DNA of 64,000 nt, from the NCBI RefSeq assembly GCF_009914755.1, contig NC_060926.1; one strand, written 5' to 3'. The notes under the pieces are model-generated. The model was not told the origin of the DNA. It searched no databases and saw nothing but the letters and a program-made list of their open reading frames with translations. Positions 16,882-31,632 of this stretch are shown one piece after another (position 1 is the stretch's first letter; each line of letters begins with the position of its first letter). Source of the stretch: the human T2T-CHM13v2.0 reference genome, Homo sapiens. Made by a program: the position numbers and the translations under genes.

Positions 16882-19830
16882 GCATATGATTTTTTTTCCA
16901 TTTTCTAACCAAAAGGATGCTTATAATAGAGGAAATTTAGGTGTTATATGTTTTATATCTAGTGCTTTGTCTTTTCTAATTTTACATGTTGATCTACATA
17001 CAGGGTGCACATTTACATTTTTATTAAATTCTAAGCACCTTCCCCAATTTTGCCCTTTTTGAGAGTGGTCAAAAATAAATTACACCTAATGGCATTTCCC
17101 CCTTTTCCTGGCCAAACAGCAGCACAAAAATAAATTTAGGCTGTTTTTTAAGATGCATTTATTTTTGCATATTATTAGATTGTGCCTATAGAACTTTTTG
17201 CTAGAGTCTTTATAGAGATGGATCCAGTGGCAAGGACAGAACAGATTTCTTCATAAGAAGATACTTTGCTAATGAGGATTTAGGAAGCAAGCACATTCAC
17301 TAATGCAGAGAAATAATACGAGAGAACAAAGTTTACTCCTTTCCTCTTGATCAAACAGACATTCATCTCTTGTGTCTGCAACAGCTGGAAGTGAAGCTAG
17401 AGAAAAACTAAAAAAAAAAGTCAAAATGAATCAGCAAATCCCAAGAAGGCAGCTGCTTTCCTGCAGGCAGTTGCTTGCAGAGATCCTCTGAGTATCTCAT
17501 GACCTTGACCACCCAACCACAGAGGCATGAAGTCCTTCACAGTTCTTCAGAGTCCTTCATACTTCTTCAAAGTACAGTTGTAGTTCTTCTAAGAACCAAA
17601 TGAAAAATTCATTCAACTGCTTTACTGTAAGAAATATAAGATACAAAGGATAAAAGAGGGAACAGGATTTTATGAGTCATGTTGGTCGTCGAAGAGTACA
17701 ATTTCTTTCTTCAGATGCTCTATGCCAATCACAGTAATCAAAACAAATGGATTGGTGGTGGAGATTATGTTATATTTGGTTTCCTGACTGGTTTAAAAAT
17801 CTGCTACTGGGAGGTATAGCAGTTAAGGGTCACTTAGACTCAAAGATTGGCTGTATGTCAGATTTCTGTATTTTATAGGCCTCTTTCTGCAGATGAAGCC
17901 TCAATATAGTTTCTGTGGAGTTAATCAGGCCCCTAACTGAACTTCAGAGATACTGCATCAATACCCAGTTGGGTATACAATTTCTCCCTGTATTTTTCTA
18001 GCTTACTTCTAGTCATTAAGCATAAACTCTCTACCCTTGCTGGCTTTCTCTAACTCCACCTCGTCTGCTTTTCAACCTCATTATAGTCACCCTCACATTT
18101 TCATTCCTCTCCCAAGCCTCTGGGGCTCTATATTTCTTCTTCCTTCTTTCTAGAATCTGTTGAGCTCTTCCATATAGTTTGTTTACTCAGGGCCCTGCTC
18201 AAAAATCACTGCCTTGACCAATTACTGTCAATTTATACTGTTATACTGCCATATATGCAATGCCTCTCAATTTTTAAAAATCTACCATTGAACAACAAAA
18301 GATTGATGTCACTAAATTCAACTTAGGCTCAATTTCTGACTGTGGACTGACATACTGGTTAACTCTTAGGGATTATTTTCTCTGGACCTGAATTTTTACA
18401 TTTTTATAAGGATAGAGATCATCTTCTGTTACAAACATCCTGGGCAATGAAAACATTAATTCCAATAAACAATTTTCAACCCATCGAGGGAAAAAGAAAA
18501 AACAACTTCTGCCATGTGGGTGACTAATGGAATGCTAGCACTGTAAAAGACCTTAAGCTAGATCACTTCTCACCCAGACTTTTCACTTGACTGAAGAGAG
18601 ACATGAAGAGAAGTCAAGTGCCTTATCCATGTAAGTAATCTGGCAAGGAAATACTTGAACTTGAATTTCCTAATTCCACCTAATGTTCTTTCCCTACCAC
18701 TTGTTCCAAAATGAATGTGGATGGCAACCACTTTCTCTGAATCACTAAGGTGAGTCAAAAATTACAATCTCCCAGGCTCTAGCCAGAATTACATATCTGG
18801 CATTATTATCAAAGAATCCATATTTTTAGGTCCTTAGTTCCAGAGAATCCTGATGTGCAGCTAAGTTTCTAACTACACCCTCCCGACTGCCTGGGATCTG
18901 AATTAGTTGACCCAGTGATGATGAGAAAGAGTCCCCAAAATGCAGGCTCTGGGGTCCATACATCACGGAGGTGTACAAGATGATCCACTGGGGGATGGGA
19001 AGAAATTTATATATATATATATACTATATACTATATATATTATATCTAGAAAAAAGACTTTAAGCATTACTAATATTAATTCAGGGGTGGGCACTGATAG
19101 CCTTACTGTGTCATATATCAGACAAAATAGAGGGTGATCCCCAATGCAGAAGAGCTAACAGAGTAACCCTCCCCAAAGCACTGTTTGCTTTCAATGTATT
19201 AAAACAAATTGCTCTGAAGTTTAATTCAGTTATGAGGAGTTGTGAAGTATGTATTTATCTCTGGTCAAATTAGTCATCACAGAATGACAACTGGCTTAAA
19301 AAGATTGATAGAAGGAAACTGCAGGTTAAATGTAATACTAGTCATGCCAGTAAAACTGAACAAGAACATCACAAAACTGACACTTTTCCTATTTTAGTTT
19401 GAGCTATGCATGAGTCACATTATCAGGTAAAAGTATTATTACCGAATAAGGTTAAACAAGTTAGCCAAGAGGGAAAACCTACAAACAAACAAACAAAAAC
19501 TACCCAAGATGACTTTTAAACATAGGTAGATACACACTATTTTTAATAATGAACCTGAACATAACTCTTTTTTCCAATCAGCTTTCTAGTATCTTACCCT
19601 TAAATATGAATGAACAGTCAAGGATCTTCATCTAGTTACGGAATTCCTCTCATGAAGAACACAGAAACTAAAATAAACAGATAAAGGGGAAAAAAGAAGA
19701 ATCCTGAAGAAGTGGAAACAAAAAAGGAATTAAAGAAGACTTTAAAAAAATCTGTGACATTCTCAGAGGGATACAAGAAGATGCAGCATCCTGTACAAGA
19801 ACAAGAATCTTTTTTAAAAAAGTCCTTTCA

Positions 19831-20157
<327 letters not shown>

Positions 20158-20269
20158 GGAGGTCCTTTCACAACTTTTGGAAATTAAAATATTGACAAAT
20201 CACATACTAGGAAATAACATATATATTATTAAATATACAATAACAATGTCATAAGGTAAAACTTTATTT

Positions 20270-20525
20270 AATGTCATAAGAATTCCTGAGTGCCAGGCAC
20301 TGTTCCAAGCACTTTACAGATATTAACTCATGCAATCCTCACAACAAATCTATGAAATAAGTACTATTCTATAATTATCCTCCATTTTAAAGAGGAAGAA
20401 ACTAAAAGCTTAAAGAAGTACAGTGACTTGCCCAAAGTTAGACAGCTACTAAGCAGCAGGACTAGGACTATAATTGCACCATCGTTTAGTAGAGTCAATG
20501 TTCTTAATCTTTATGCTATACTGCA
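20270..20525 (-). mobile_element. MIR
   Basis: tgccaggcactgtt...cctcacaac...gaaactaa...tgacttgcccaaagt. Confidence 0.75.
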
Positions 20526-21486
20526 AAGATAAAGATCTGGAAAACAAGAGAGAAGAGATTTTCTAAACATTAGAAGATCAGCCCAGAAGGCCCAACATCC
20601 AAATAACAGGAGTTCCAGATTGAGAGAACTAGGGCTCTCTCAAAGAAAAACATCCTACAAATTCTGCTGAGAAAAGATATGTCACTTGTAAGGATTTGAT
20701 AATCAGATACACAAGACTTCACCATCAACAGGGAAAGCTGGGTGATATAGTGATATCTTCTAAATTTTAAGAGAAAAGTCCAACCTAGAATTCTATATCC
20801 CACTGGGGATACAGAACTAATTAGTTGTGAAGGTAGAATAAAGACATTTTCAGATCTGAAAGGTCACAAAGGATCTTACTGGAAGATGCACTTCAATAAA
20901 ACAACAGAGTAAATGATAAGGAAGATACCAGAAACCAGGGTTCCTACATAAAACAAACCAGGGGAACTGTTTGGAAAGTGTTTGGTCAGGAATTAATGAT
21001 AGTACACTAAAAACTTAGCAACTGCAAATAAAAGAAAATGGTTGACTACAGGGAAGACAAAATGCCTGTATAGGAAAGGAAATGTAATCACTAGTGAATT
21101 AATATTTACTTGGTGACAATAAAATAAACAGCACACGTTGACTTAACTCACAATTATACTCTGTAAAGCTATATGAAGGAAGAGATTTTTACTTGTTTTG
21201 CTCACTGCTTTTTCTTGGCAATCAGAGTTGTGCCAAGCACATAGTAGGTGCTCAATAAGTATATGTTGAATTTAAGAATAAATACGACGAGTCTATAAGA
21301 GGGAGGATGTATATATGTGTGTAGCATGAGGGTGAGGAAATGATGGTAAAAGAGCTCCATTAATGTTTACAACTCACAAAAAAAAAAACAATAAACAGAA
21401 GGGCAAATATGCTATTTTGAAAATCAAAGCAAAGACCAGTAGAGATCATTTAAATAACAGAAAATGTTCCAGGTGCCACTGGGGTA

Positions 21487-23230
21487 GAGAATAAAATACC
21501 TAGGAATACAACTTGCAAGGGATGTGAAAGACCTCTTCAAGGAGAACTACAAATCACTGTTCAGCGAAATAAGAGAGGACACAAACAAATGGAAAAACAT
21601 TCCATGCTCATGGATAGAATCAATATTGTGAAAATGGCCACACTGCCCAAAGTAACTTATAGATTCAATGCTATCCCCATCAAGCTACCATTGACTTTCT
21701 AGACAAAATTAGAAAAAACTACTTTAAATTTCATGTGGAGCCAAAGAAGAGCCTGTATAGCCAAGGCAATCCTAAGCAAAAATAACAAAGCTGGAGTTAT
21801 CATGGTACCTGACTTCAAACTATAACAAAAGGCTACAGTAACCAAAATAGCATGGTACTGGTACCAAAACAGCTTTACAGACCAACAGAGCAGAACAGAC
21901 ACCTCAGAAATAACACCACACGTCTACAACCATCTGATCTTTCACAACCCTGACAAAAACAAGCACTGGGGAAAGGATTCCCTATTTAAAAAAAGGTGTT
22001 GGGAAAACTGGCTAGCCATATGCAGAAAACTGAAACTGGACCCCTTCCTTACACCTTATGCAAAAATTAACTCAAGATGGATTAAAGACTTAAATGGAAG
22101 ATCTAAAACCATAAAAACCCTAGAAGAAAACCTAGGCAATACCATTTAGGACATAGGCATGGGCAAAGACTTCATGCCTACAACACCAAAAGCAATGGCA
22201 ACAAAAGCCAAAATTGACAAATGGAATCTAATTAAACTAAAGAGCTTCTGAACAGCAAAGGAAACTATCATCAGAGTGAACAGGCAACCTATAGAATGGG
22301 AGAAAATTTTTGCAATCTATACATCTAACAAAGGGCTAATATCCAGAATCTACAAGGAACTTAAACAAATTTACAAGAAAAAAACCTCATAAAAAAGTGG
22401 GCAAAGGATATGAACAGACACTTCTCAAAAGAAGACATTTATGCAGCCAACAAACATGAAAAAAAGCTCATCATCACCAGTCATTAAAGAAATGCAAATC
22501 AAAACCACAATGAGATACCATCTCATGCCAGTTAGAATGGCAATCATTAAAAAGTCTGGAAACAACAGATGCTGGAGAGGATGTGGAGAAATATGAACAC
22601 TTTCACACTGTTGGTAGGAGTATAAATTAGTTCAACCATTGTGGAAGATAGTGTGGCAATTCCTCAAGGATCTAGAACCAGAAATACCATTTGACCCAGC
22701 AATCCCATTACTGGGTATATACCAAAAGGATTATAAATCATTCTACTATAAAGACACATGCACATGTATGTTTATTGCAGCACTATTCACAATAGCAAAG
22801 ACTTGGAACCAACCCGAATGCCCATCAATGATAGACTGCATAAAGAAAATGTGGCACATATACACCATGGAATATTATGCAGCCATAAAAAAGGATGAGT
22901 TCATGTCCTTTGCAGGGACCTGGATGAAGCTGGAAACCATCATTCTCAGCAAACTAACACAGGAACAGAAAACCAAGCGCCGCATGTTCTCACTCATAAT
23001 TGGAAGTTGAATAATGAGAATACCTGGACACACAGGGAGGGGAACATCACACACTGGGGCCTGTCGCAGGATGGGGAGCTGGGGGAGGGATAGCATTAGG
23101 AGAAATACCTAATGTAGATGACGAGTTGATGAGTGCAGCAAACCACCATGGCACGTGTATACCTATGTAACAAACCTGCATGTTCTGCACATGTATCCCA
23201 GAACTCAAAGCATAACTAAAAAAAAAAAAA
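21487..23230 (+). mobile_element. 5'-truncated L1PA (L1PA7/8-like) with poly(A)
   Basis: ORF2 C-terminal region, 3'UTR and A tail near 23218-23230, colinear with the L1 at 1-2050. Confidence 0.95.
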
Positions 23231-23739
23231 TAGAAAATTGTTGCTACTGGGGAAGGGGAAAATGAAAGCAGAAAATAGCCCAGGATTGCTGGGTTTTATT
23301 ATAAACCTTGTAGAACACTATAGACCACCTGACATCCCAAATCAGCACAATACTCCCATAACTTCAACCTTCCAAAATACAATCTCATTTTAGAAAGATG
23401 AAAACTACAAAAAAAATGAAGAAATAACACAGAGCAACACCACTCAGAGATAATCATGTTAAATATTTTGGTATAACTGGATACTTTTTTCTAGGCATTT
23501 TTTCAACAACTGACTTCCTATCTGGCATGTAAATTGGTATCCTGAATTCATTTATAAAAACACTAAAACTAAATAAGAGGAAAAGATCATTTGCCGGAAA
23601 AAGAAAGCCAACCTCTCCCAATTCATAACACAGCAATTCAGTATGCATATTCTATTGAAAAGAAGTCGATAACATTTTCACGCAAAAAAAAGTAGAAAAA
23701 ATGTGTAATCTCTTTTAACAAACAGCAGCATACAGCATA

Positions 23740-23980
23740 TTAATTAAGAGTCCAGGTGCTAGAATAGTCTACCTGGGCTCAAATCCCAACTCAACTGTAT
23801 TTTTGGTTGTGTGATGGACACTATTATAACCTCCACAAACCTCAGCTTCTCTAAATGTAAAATAAAAATAATAATAGTACCAACCTCCTAATATTTCTAT
23901 GAGGAATACCTGTTCAACAGTAAGCAAATAACCCAGCATGTAGTAAATGCTCAGTAAACATTAGCATTGTAATTATTATG
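23740..23980 (+). mobile_element. MIR
   Basis: cctgggctcaaatccca...cctcagcttctctaaatgtaaaat...gtaaatgctcagtaaa. Confidence 0.75.
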
Positions 23981-24369
23981 ATTAATATCTATCTAACGGG
24001 TGAGACAAAACAAAAATACGTAAGGCCAGCAGAATAAACAAAGGGATTTAACAAAGCCAAACGCAAAGGGTCACCAGTGTGAGAGGAAGCACAGGACAGA
24101 AGCCTCTCTTCTCTGGTATTTGACACTAAAATTTATTTGTCAAATAAGTGAATCATGGATGCACTTTAAATTCCAAGCTGAGGAGTTTCCAAGCAACTTT
24201 AGTGACCTCATCCAATAAGAGAGAGTTGCATGGAGAGGGTAACAGTTATTCAGAGTGATTCGGCTAATGGAAACTGTCAAAATGACAGTGCAGCAGGTCA
24301 CACTCTACAGTGTAGGTCTTGCACAATAGGACACTCCTCAAAAATGTGAATTCATTAGGTTTTGAAATA

Positions 24370-24584
24370 CAGCTGACCCTTAAACAGCACGGGTTTAACT
24401 ACATGGGTCTACTTATATTCACAAATTCAATCAAAAACAGTATTCGCAGGATGTAAAACCTGCATATAGGGAGGGCCAACGTTTCCTATGCAAGGGTTCT
24501 GCAAGGCCAACTGTGGGACTTGAGTGTGCATGAATTGGTGTCCTGGGACCAATCCCCTGCGTATACCGAGGGACAAGTCTACTG
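24370..24584. mobile_element. Tigger-derived MITE (MER8-like)
   Basis: cagctgaccctt...gagggacaagtctactg termini with TA target duplication on both sides. Confidence 0.75.
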
Positions 24585-25239
24585 TATCCTCGGTCCCTGG
24601 CAGAAGGAGAATAAGAGTCAGAATGCTTTGAAAAGAAAGCTTGGGACCCAAAGAAGTGCTCACATATAACACAGGCCTATAGCGATTGAGAGAGTCCTTC
24701 AGGGCATTCCAATTTCAGTGAAGAAATTATTTTGGGATAGGGTGAGAGGCAACAGGAAGATCATCCCTTCTTGTTGGGGAGCAAATATTCTAGAAAAAAA
24801 AGAGATTTGCCCAGGACTTGTGTCACTTGATCTTCCTGTGAAATATAAACACATTAAGAAATAAAACAACAAATGTCGGGCCAAATGCCCTTTATTTTCT
24901 TAGTCCTTCTCCTAGGGAAATATATAAACTGAAAGGCAAGGGTGGGGATAGAGGTGAAGGAGTCACAGGTAACTGAGAGAGCTCTAGCCTAAAAACGTAG
25001 TAATTATCTGATTTTAGTTCTGCTACTAATAAGCTGAACAATCACACTTCATCACTGCAGCACTTTCTGGTGTGTAAATTGGAGATATAACACCTGTTCT
25101 ACCTACCTTAATGAGTACCACAAAAGAGATAATGAATGGGATAATGCTTCCATCAGTCCAAGTCCAGTCAGGATACTACATCAGTTTTTTGTTTTTCAGT
25201 AGAGAGAATAGTTGACTAGGAATAACAAATTATTAGTTA

Positions 25240-25461
<222 letters not shown>

Positions 25462-25476
25462 CTAGAGACAGCAGCT

Positions 25477-25846
25477 TGGTATGGTTGTGTCCCCACGCAA
25501 ATCTCATCTTGTAGTTTCCATAACAATTGCAATCCCCATGTGTCATGGGAGGAACCCAGTGGGAGGTAATTGAATCATGGGAGTGGTTTCCCTCACGCTA
25601 TTCTCATGACAGTAAGTTCTCACGAGATTTGACGGTTTTATAAGAGGCTCCCCACTTTGCTCAGTTCTCATTCTTCTCCCTGCCACCATGTGAAGAAGGA
25701 TGTGTTTGCTTCTCCTTCTGCCATGATTGTAAGTTTCCTGAGGCCTCCCCAGCCATGCTGAACTGTGAGTCAATTAAACCTCTTTCCTTTATAAATTATC
25801 CAGTCTCGGGTATATCCTCATAGCAGCATGAGAACAGACTAATATA
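25477..25846 (+). mobile_element. THE1 solo LTR (MaLR)
   Basis: Typical THE1 sequence (gtgtccccac...aaatctcatcttg...gtgagtcaattaaacc...gactaatata), 5-bp TSD CAGCT (25472-25476 and 25847-25851). Confidence 0.92.
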
Positions 25847-26789
25847 CAGCTACACCAAGGCTAAAGGAACAAAGGGAAGTGGTTGGAATTACCAGAACTT
25901 TGAGGTTTAAAGGGGAGCACCCAGAGAGCTGATCCTTGGGCCTCTGAGGAGGAGGTCCTGTTGAGCTGGTACTGGTGTCTCTGAGTTTGAAGGCAGGGCA
26001 GCCGTCTGAGGTGTGAACCCTGGTCAGTCAATACTGGCATCTCTGAGGTAAGGGCACAATAAAGGTGCTTCTGCAAATTTTAGAACAACTGCAAACTAGA
26101 TTCACCTACTGCTACTGCAAAAAATGGCTGCTGCCGGGGTTAAGAAAGGAGGCTGGGGTGAGGCTGACAGAACAGGAAGCAGGATGGAAGGGCCAAGTCT
26201 CTTCAAAAAGACTCGCTTGAGGGGAATGGTAAGAGCTCTTTAAATAGAATGAGTTATTCACTCTCTCCCATTTGTGTCTTTGTTTTGCTGAAATATGCAT
26301 AATACTCAACAGAAAGACTAAAATGAAAAGGAAGGACATACTGTTGAAGATGGAGACTAAAATGAAAAGGAAGAACATACTAAGTACTGTTGAAGATGCA
26401 GAACCAGAACTCTCATAGTCGGCTAATGGGAATAAACACTGAATAACCCTTTGTGAAGAAGATGGTTTGGTAACATCTACTAAAGCCTAACATACACTGG
26501 ACCCTATTACCCAGAGAGTGCACTCCTGCATGCACACTTCTGGTATGATTCCATTTATAAAGTCTTCAGTAAGAAAAGAATATGATCAATGCTTTTAGAA
26601 GTCAGGAAGGTGGTTACTCTTGGGGTTGGAGAGTGAGGTAGCAGCAAGAGGGAGACTTCTGGCATGCTCTGCTTCCTCATCTGGGTGCTGCTTCCATGGA
26701 TGTAATAAATTCATAAAAATTCATCAGGTTGTACACTTTTATATATGTATACTTTGATATATGTAATATTTTAATAAAAGTTAAATGTA

Positions 26790-27300
26790 ATGCCATTCCA
26801 TTTCTGGGCATATACCCAAGAGAATAGAAAGCAAGAACTCAGACATTTGCACACTCATGTTCATGGTGGCATTATTCACAAAAGCCAAAAGATGGAAGCA
26901 ATTCAAGTGTCCCTCAGTGGATGGATGGATAAACAGTTTGTATATACAAATGTGGAGTATTATTCAGCCTGAAAAAGGAAGGAAATTCAAACACATGCTA
27001 CAACATGAATGAACCTTGAAGATATAATGTTAAGTAAAATAAACCAGTCTCACAAAAGGACAAATACTACATGATTCCATGAGGTGCTTAGAGTAACCAA
27101 ACTCACAGAGACACAGAGTAGAATAATGGTTGCCAGGGACCAAGGAGGGAGGAATGGGGAGTTACTGTTTGACAGATATAGTTTCAGTTTCACGTGAGTT
27201 CTGTGGATAGATGATGGTGATAGTAGCACAAGGTGAATGCACTTAACATACACTTAAAAATTAGTAAGTTTTATGTTATCTGTAACACAAATTAAAATTT
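26790..27300 (+). mobile_element. L1MB-type 3' end
   Basis: attccatttctgggcatatacccaa...gaatgaaccttgaa...ggttgccaggg. Confidence 0.8.
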
Positions 27301-27862
27301 TGATTTGTAATTTAAAAAAATGTCATTCTAATATATACCCTCCAAGTAAATACATCCTAATGAAGTTATTAACTTACCTCTGGAAGACATTCCGGCATGT
27401 TCACACCTCTTCTCTTATTGGGCTACTGTTAACTCTACCTTTTAATCTTGTGTACAAGCAGTGAAAAAACCGAGAACGGACTCTCCCAAGCAGCAAGGGC
27501 GGATGCATAAGACCACTTTACACTCACGTGGAACCTTTCACTCAACAAAATGCTTTAACATCCTCCTTCCCGTTTACACTCACAACACCCCCCTGTGAGA
27601 AAGGCAGGTCAGAGAGATTTGTTACCCTCACCTTACAGCTGGAGAAACTGACTGAAAAAAAAACACAAAAAAACAAAAAAATCACAGCCAAAGGAAGAAA
27701 CAAATTTTCTTATACCAAATTCAAGCTGTAAGACATCCTTATGATGTCTTACATAAGTTCATGAGTAGATTTAAAAAGCAAATTCAATTTACAAATTAGT
27801 TTTGTGCTTCTATTGCTCCCATAAGAAAATGCATAATGTTACACAGATCTTTTTTATATTTT

Positions 27863-27906
27863 GAAAAACAATTTCACTGTTTGACTTGAAAACAGTTTAT
27901 TTAATT
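27863..27906 (-). terminator. Polyadenylation signal (overlapping ATTAAA/AATAAA) with downstream GU/U-rich element
   Basis: Minus strand reads AAATTAAATAAACTG (AATAAA = plus 27896-27901), then CA-containing cleavage region near 27880 and TTGTTTTT downstream. Confidence 0.85.
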
Positions 27907-28964
27907 TATACAAATAACTACTAAATACAAAAAGTAGATTAAAACAAAATAGTTATTTTTTTCTGGCAGAGTTTAAATGCACGTAATGGATAATTCTGAA
28001 GAAAATGCATTTTCCCCGTAGCGTTCAGGACTAAAATTCTACTGAAATCTTTGCTTCTAAATCAGTAATATATTCGGTGGTGTCACGTGGGTAATGGCTA
28101 AATACGTTCTGCATATGAACTGAAAAAAAGTTACAGTCTACACACATACAAATGTGAAGCACTTAAAATGTGATTTTAACTGATAATAAAAGAAAATGTC
28201 CATTTTAGAGTATAGTGTTAAAAACATTTCTGTAATAAAATCATAAGACCACATAAAAATAAGCTTTAACATATGCACAAAGCAGTTTTGTAAAAACTAC
28301 TAAGTGCACAAGTAATAAATAATTTGCAAAGTTGTGTATAAACAATTCCTAATGTTCGGCATCATTGTAAACATCAGCACATGTGTAAAATGCAGCAAAG
28401 TCTGACATTACATTTTGTTTTGCCAAATTGAATTCCTATTATCCAAAGACAGACCAGTGGAGTACGCAGCCAACATTTTGGCAAGTTGGGTCTTTAAAAT
28501 TAAGAGTAACAGTGCAAGTAAGGAATGCAAAGAATTCCTAGTGCAATAAAGAAGAGAAGCACAGGCAATATTGCTGATTAAAAATTCACCACCTCCTTGA
28601 GTTTCCCGTGGGGAGTGTCTAGGAGACTTGTGAAAGCTATGCAAAGCCACTGACTTAATGCCCAGATCTCTTTTAGGATTTCTCTGTGTTCCTCCAGTCC
28701 CTACCTTTGCAACAGTGTCTGTCCAACATTAGTCTCTGCAGTGTGAACAGTTCGTGAAATGCCCAGTTCACAGTCATCGAGCGAGGTTAGGGTGGTTTTG
28801 ATGTCTCCCCAACACATGGCTGGGTACGACGTCTGCCTTGTCAAAGCAGCCATTTGGGGAGGGAGACAGATGGATTCCATTCTGACAACCAGTCAGGCCA
28901 GCATTAGGTCCCAGCTGGACAATGACAACAACGTCAAATCTTCCTTCTTGACACTATGAAAATG
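27880..28964 (-). other. ACVR1: ACVR1 3'UTR (~1.1 kb; 3' end approximate)
   Basis: Repeat-free AT-rich sequence from the stop codon to about 15 nt past the AATAAA signal. Confidence 0.88.
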
Positions 28965-29279
<315 letters not shown>

Positions 29280-29849
29280 TTAGAATTTCATGAACTCTGT
29301 CCTTTGGACTCTTAATGCTACCAATTTATTAGGTAAACGACATAGGCCAGATTGGACCCCTTAATGATTTTATGGGTGCCAAAAGCAGCAATACTAACCT
29401 AGAGATAATCCTGAAATTTCCAAATAGGGTCATTTCTCATTGTTTTATACCTGCTACTACTTATGAGTAGCAATACAGGATCTTCAGCATCCAGCAGCTT
29501 GTGTTTGGGATTTCAGATATACAGAGATGGAAAGGAGGTTAAAAGCTTCACTTAAAGTCTCTTGGTTTATACATGCAGTCTTAGGGCTAATAGCAGTAGT
29601 CATGAGTCTCCCGATTCCTGAAGCTGCATATTCACAGAAATTCTTACAAATATTGTCATTCACTAGCAACCCCTATGAGATATGGCTTCTTCAAGAATGG
29701 AGTATTTTTCTGAACTTACTCTTCTAGATCTAAACCCTTCTATATAAAATAGGAAGAGAAAACAACAGATCCACGGGACAGATCACTCAGATGCAATACC
29801 AGTTGAAACTCAAAGGGAAACAAATAGCAAACAATGGAAAAGAGCTCTA

Positions 29850-30077
<228 letters not shown>

Positions 30078-31336
30078 TCACAGGTTATAATGTGACAGAA
30101 GAAAATACTAATCACCTTCCTCATACCTCAGGGCAGTCCTGGAAGCTAGAGGTAGGTCCTAAAACAGGTGGGAGAAAAAGGCAATAAATACACACCCTGC
30201 ATGGTATTGGAAGAAGGATAATTGTTAGAAGGAAATACGTGAAAACTTCTCATGTAATCATAACTATTAGCAAAATTCTCCAACAGTGTATATTAACAGC
30301 TCTGTAACGCCCAACAGGGCACTGGAGACATAGAACAAAAATTCCTTTGGTGATAAAAACCACCCAAGCTACCTATGGAAAGTACCTGAATCTAGTGGTT
30401 TCAAACCATAAATAGAAATAAAAAGTTGTCCACAAACTAGAGCTAGGGAGTAATAAACCAAGACCATCATCAAAATACCCCTTTCTTTGTTAGAAAAGTA
30501 TTTTGTTAAGAAAAACATTGCTATAAATTAATCTCTTCCATTAGGAGGGATGCAAATAATATCATAGGAAATACTCATTTCCTCATTCATTCATTCTACA
30601 TGTACTGAGTACCCTCTAACTACAGGCACAGCTGTCTGACTGATGGCTCTATTATTTACTATCATATTGAAGGCACAAAATAAAATGTAAAGAGGATAGC
30701 CATGTGGGAAGGCAGAGGAAAAGAAGGATAAATAATGAACTCTTCCTCTGCCCAAAAGCAAATATGAACAGTAGCTAATACCAGCTTCTGCCCCTGCATG
30801 ATTTCCAATGGCCTGGAAACTTTTTCTTTTCCAGCAGAATTATATCAACTCCTTAAACAGAAAAATTTTTAACTTCATCATTTGGAATTAGAAAATGGAT
30901 TCTTCCCCTTCATAGAAATAAAACCAAGACATCTATTATTTCCTTTCCCTCAACAAAGGGTTCAAACAATGAGGTAATAACTTGGTTTACTGCTCTCTTT
31001 TCTTCCTCCAGGCGACTTTCTTCTATTCCTAAATACCTAAGAAGTTGTTGGAGGCGACAGAAGGAGTGTGAGGAAAGTTGTAATTCGGTTGTTCTAGTTC
31101 CTACAAGCCACCTGAAAAGCTTCAATTCCCTTTTCATTTATCACAGAAATTACTCAACAGTGGGAATCCATCCTTACAAATTCCATACAAATACAAACCA
31201 TTTATGCAAAAGATTAGATATAAGGAGCATCTTTTCAAGAAATGCTACATATCTTTTTAAAACTTCACAAATTTGGCTAAATAAAGGTTTATATTTGAGA
31301 TGGAAACAAGTCTAAATTATATTTTTTAAAAATCTA

Positions 31337-31632
31337 GGCTGGGTGTGGTCGTTCACGCCTGTAATCTCAGCACTTTGGGAGGTCGTGGTGGGTGGACCAC
31401 TTGAGGTCAGTGTTCGAGACAAGCCTGGGCAACATGGCAAGACCCTGTCTCTACTAAAAATACAAAAATTAGCCGGGTGTGTTGGCGCGTGCCTGTAGTT
31501 CCAGCTAACTCAGGAGGCTGAGGCACAAGATTTGCTTGAACCCGGGAGGTGGATGTTGCAATGAGCCAAGATCAGACCACTGCACTCCAGCCTGGGTGAC
31601 AGAGTGAGATTCTGTCTCAAAAAAAAAAAAAA
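31337..31632 (+). mobile_element. AluS, antisense to ACVR1
   Basis: Full dimeric Alu with A tail. Confidence 0.95.

Noticed and set aside
17200-17750. Unique-looking stretch considered as a processed pseudogene, with a short imperfect AGTCCTTCA...TTCTTCA repeat
   Set aside because: No ORF, recognisable protein similarity, poly(A) or TSD.
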